A DNA stretch of 64,000 bases from Octopus vulgaris (lineage: Eukaryota). A program made the position numbers and the translations under genes. The notes below the pieces were generated by a model. It was not told the DNA's origin, made no database searches, and saw only the letters and a list, made by a program, of their open reading frames with translations. Positions 60,342 to 64,000 of the stretch are shown here, piece after piece; position 1 is the first letter of the stretch; each line of letters begins with the position of its first letter. The stretch lies in NCBI GenBank assembly GCA_951406725.2, contig OX597820.1, forward strand, positions 13,826,001 to 13,890,000, read 5' to 3'.

Positions 60342-60716
60342 CTAGCAGTATCGCCCGGCGTTGCTCAGGTTTGTAAGGGAAATAACTATAAAGCATTTTT
60401 AGAGAGTTATAGCCAAAAAATGGAAAAAAATATGGTAAATTTTTTTTTGAGAGTTAAAAAAGGATGGAATTGCGTCCCCTAGACTGTTTGTGGTTCGTGT
60501 TTCTGATTCTCGACCCCATGTCGAATTTATCGATTTTTTTCAGAACTGGGGGGAACTTTTCAAAATTTTGGCTGCGTTAGTTTTGAATTATGACATTGGG
60601 CTATGTGTGTGTCAAGTTTCATCAGAATCAGTTGAAAGCCGTGGTCAGGGTGAGGGTACAAGCAAACAGACACACAGAAACACGCACAGACAAACTGCCG
60701 TTTATATATAGAGAGA
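60342..60716 (-). mobile_element. Non-autonomous Helitron
   Basis: On -: A|TC start, GC hairpin, CTAG|T end; near-identical to the 62624 copy. Confidence 0.8.
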
Positions 60717-60874
60717 TATCTGGAAAGAAGAGAAGGTTTTAGCTGAAACACGTTTGACCATAAATTTGTTCAACCAGGACTGACCAAGGGTTAACCAACA
60801 ACAATTAAAACAGTTTCTTGTGTCTCAGATGCAAAAACGAAATACATTTTATACTGTAAATAAGAAAACAGACC

Positions 60875-61293
60875 GGATCTTTTCGGTTTGAACGGCAGTT
60901 TTTAACATAATTTCTAGGTAACTAAAATATTTTAAACTTCGTATACTGGTAGAATGTGTTTATAAAACATCTTTTTCTCTTGGCTTTATTGAGAAAATTC
61001 TATAGTATGTAAGATATTTGTTGGGTTTTTTTCCTTCAATTTCTGCAATTTCAACCAATCACTGACGTCTATTGAGGTAAAATCATTCTGTGCCCTATGA
61101 ATATATCGCTCGTTTAAGAAACAGATTGGGTTTATTTACATTTGTGAAGAAAAAAAGATACCCTTCCTCCCACCCCTAACCCTAACCCTAAAATAGATTG
61201 AAATGCAATAGATCGATACTAGGGTCATAATTATGGGTAACAATTTCATATGACACCGCTAGAAAAAAACTGCCGTTCAAACCGAAAAGATCC
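60875..61293. mobile_element. MITE of the same family with about 28-bp perfect TIRs, containing (CCCTAA)3
   Basis: GGATCTTTTCGGTTTGAACGGCAGTTTTT / AAAAACTGCCGTTCAAACCGAAAAGATCC. Confidence 0.85.
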
Positions 61294-61903
61294 AACAGGG
61301 ATGACTAATGTTTTAGGTGGAACCTTTCAGAGCAGAGACAAGAAATGGTTTCCTCTGATTCTACAGTTTTACTTTCGAAATGTCATAACACTTCTTTTAC
61401 AATCGCTTTTAGTAAAAAACAAAATATAAAGTCGTTTTAATCACCAGAGCCGAACTCGTGAGGATAAGACTCTCGTGATCTCTTACAATATTATTAGTAA
61501 TTAACATATACAAGACCATATATGGTAACAGACAGAAGACAACTAAATAATATTTAATATTGCTGTATATGATTTAGAGCTGGGGTTCATATACGATTTT
61601 GTGCGGTCCACGCAACAAAATAGTAAATTAAGGACCCACAATAGTATTTTAAGGACCTCTGAAAATTTTTGCTTTAAATGTATGGTATGTATTGGTATTG
61701 TAGGGACTTCGCTTGACCCTGCCTGAAATTTGAAACCAAATCCACCTGCTTGTTGCTTGTCAAAACAATCAGGAAATCCTTTGTTTGTATCTCATCATCA
61801 AATGGTTAATGGGAAACACCGTGCTGGTCAAGGAAAGGTCAGTCATTTGTTTAGGGTTTGACCGCTATTACTAACTATGAACATTTCCTATCAATTCCTC
61901 TTT

Positions 61904-62340
61904 TGTGTCAGCAACGACCGACAGCAGCACTTTCCCTTTGCCCTTCGCTCGACACACGAAGAGAAACTTTCGGCCGCAAGAAAGAATATGTCACCTTTAT
62001 CCTTTCATTTTTTTTTTTTTTGTCAGCACTGAGCATTCTTTACTCTTTCACTCGCTACTGGCAACTTCTACTCTATCAACTACCGCCCAGCGAGCGAACT
62101 TGTCATTGTCACCACAATTACTGCTGTACTTATTCTATCAGATTCTTAACTACCTGTCGAGCAAACGAATAAATATATGTAAATAATATTTTTTCCTTCT
62201 TGGTGTTGATTCTGCGATGTTTACAGGTTACTCCGACTCGAGAACCTTCAAGCGTTACATCTACACGCTACATTCGATAGTCGTCTACATCATATCGACA
62301 TGGTATGGCACATTACGTTCTGTCACAATTGGTGACCCTC
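61904..62340 (+). mobile_element. Possible gypsy-type LTR with primer-binding site
   Basis: CpG-rich segment with AATAAA (62168) ending TGTCACA followed by ATTGGTGACCC; 5' boundary uncertain. Confidence 0.35.
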
Positions 62341-62623
62341 AGCCGCTACAGTTTGTATTGCAAGAAATAGCTAGGTTTCTTTCTCTAGCAGTTTAGATAG
62401 TCCAACTTAGGCATGTTAATACGTGAAAAACAAAATAGGAATGTTGAAAGTATCTATAAAATTAGTTTTGGAACATCGAATGGCTATGAGGTTTACTTGA
62501 ATAAAATAATCCTTAAATAAAAAATGGATGAGAGTCCCTGATTTAGTGCCACACTTTTCAGATCTTTTGGATTTCTGAACATCAGAGGGAAACATTAAAT
62601 TCATGGAGAGTATTTATAGTAAA

Positions 62624-62993
62624 CTAGCAGTATCGTCCGGCGTTGCTCTGGTTTGTAAGGGAAATAACTATAAAGCATTTTTAGAGAGTTATAGCCAAAA
62701 AATGGAAAAAATGATGGTAACTTTTTTTTGAGAGTAAAAAAAGGTGGAGTTGCGTCCCCTAGACAGTTTGCGGTTTGTGTTTCTGATTCTCGACCCCATG
62801 TCGAATTTATCGATTTTTTTCAGAACTGGGGGAACTTTTCAAAATTTTCGCTGCGTTAGTTTTGAATTATGACATTGGGCTATGTGTGTGTCAAGTTTCA
62901 TCAGAATCGGTTGAAAGCCGTGGTCAGGGTGAGGGTACAAGCAAACAGACACACAGAAACACGCACAGACAAACTGCCGTTTATATATAGAGA
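62624..62993 (-). mobile_element. Non-autonomous Helitron
   Basis: Direct repeat of 60342-60716. Confidence 0.8.
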
Positions 62994-64000
62994 GTAGAGA
63001 TTATTGAACTAAATGTAATACGGAAGAGTAAGAGATGTACAAAAACATACGCACGCAAAGCAATAAAAAAAAGCCCACAAAAGTAATTGATAAAAATAAT
63101 TGGAATATTCTGGTAAACTAAGAGTCATTCAAACTTATATAAAGTGAACAAGAAAGAAAATTGAAATAGTTTATGAAAGAAATCATAAAATATGTGCAGT
63201 TTTCCTCGAAGTGCCATTCCCGGGGCCGTCTTTGAGAACTGAGCCTTACTGTATGTATTTATTGATAACAAGGCACAGCATACATAGATCAGAATTGAAA
63301 CCCTAGAATCGCGAGGACTCCAAGCAAACTAACCATTCCACGTGGGGAAAAGAACAGGTTGTTTTTAATTATATTTGTATTTTGATCGCCTTGTATTTTT
63401 AATATTCTTGACTATCGAAAGATCGCCGTTTTAAGCCTTAAGAGTAAAAATACCAATTCAATTTAAGTTGGACTTGTACGTGAATTTATGAAATTAAACG
63501 TTATTACAATTCGTCTCCGGTTCTAAAAAACGATTCCCCATCCCTACAATTAAAAATTGCAGTCGAATTTCCTTCATATCGCATTCTAACGTCTTAAACA
63601 AGGACAGGACATTCCAAATAATACAGCCCCAGATAACCCTGAAAAAAAAAAAACAGGATGGCCACAGCTGGAAAGTGTCTGAGCACGGGTTTGCTCCTTC
63701 TAAACATCAATAACAATGCACGGCGCTGGGAAAAGCAAAGAAAATCACAATGTAGATGTGATACTAAATATCTAACAGTTTTGTTATTATTATTATTCTG
63801 CGAGCTGGCGGAATCGCTAGCATGCCGGACAAAATGCTTAGTGCCATTTCATCCGTGTTTAGTACTGTGTTCAAACTCCACCGAGCTTGCTTTTGCCTTT
63901 CATCCCTTTGGAGGTTGATAAAATAAATTACTAGTTCACTTTCCCAATAACCAAAATTCATTCAAAGCCTCGTGTTTATAGTAAGTAAAAATAATTGTTA

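Noticed and set aside
62228-62301. Possible + strand exon (TTTACAG...GTATGG)
   Set aside because: No recognisable protein or partner exons; it lies in the LTR-like segment.

Overview
AT-rich, microsatellite- and SINE-dense animal genomic DNA; the repeat families suggest an octopus (inference). Two convergent multi-exon genes were reconstructed by hand from GT-AG boundaries with consistent intron phases. (1) A + strand 6-exon gene (9118-20406, 355 aa) encodes a single-pass membrane protein resembling the C6orf89/BRAP family. (2) A complete - strand 14-coding-exon TTLL1 tubulin polyglutamylase spans 58464-23477 (419 aa). Nearly all ORFs in the supplied track are microsatellite or SINE artefacts. 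The rest is tRNA-derived SINEs, RTE and R4/Dong LINE remnants, mariner fossils, piggyBac/Merlin/pogo-type MITEs, non-autonomous Helitrons and Penelope-type repeats. Most notable: (a) TTLL1 carries ARGIG, the TTLL4-like initiase motif, where vertebrate TTLL1 has AQGKG; (b) at least four unrelated families of hammerhead-ribozyme-like motifs sit in TTLL1 introns, several inside fold-back structures, one with a 12-bp TSD; (c) multimeric SINE arrays share a recurrent AG|GT junction; (d) a palindromic minisatellite is rich in kB/STAT-like motifs; (e) an inverted SINE pair lies just after a stop codon. Coordinates were counted by eye and repeat boundaries are approximate.
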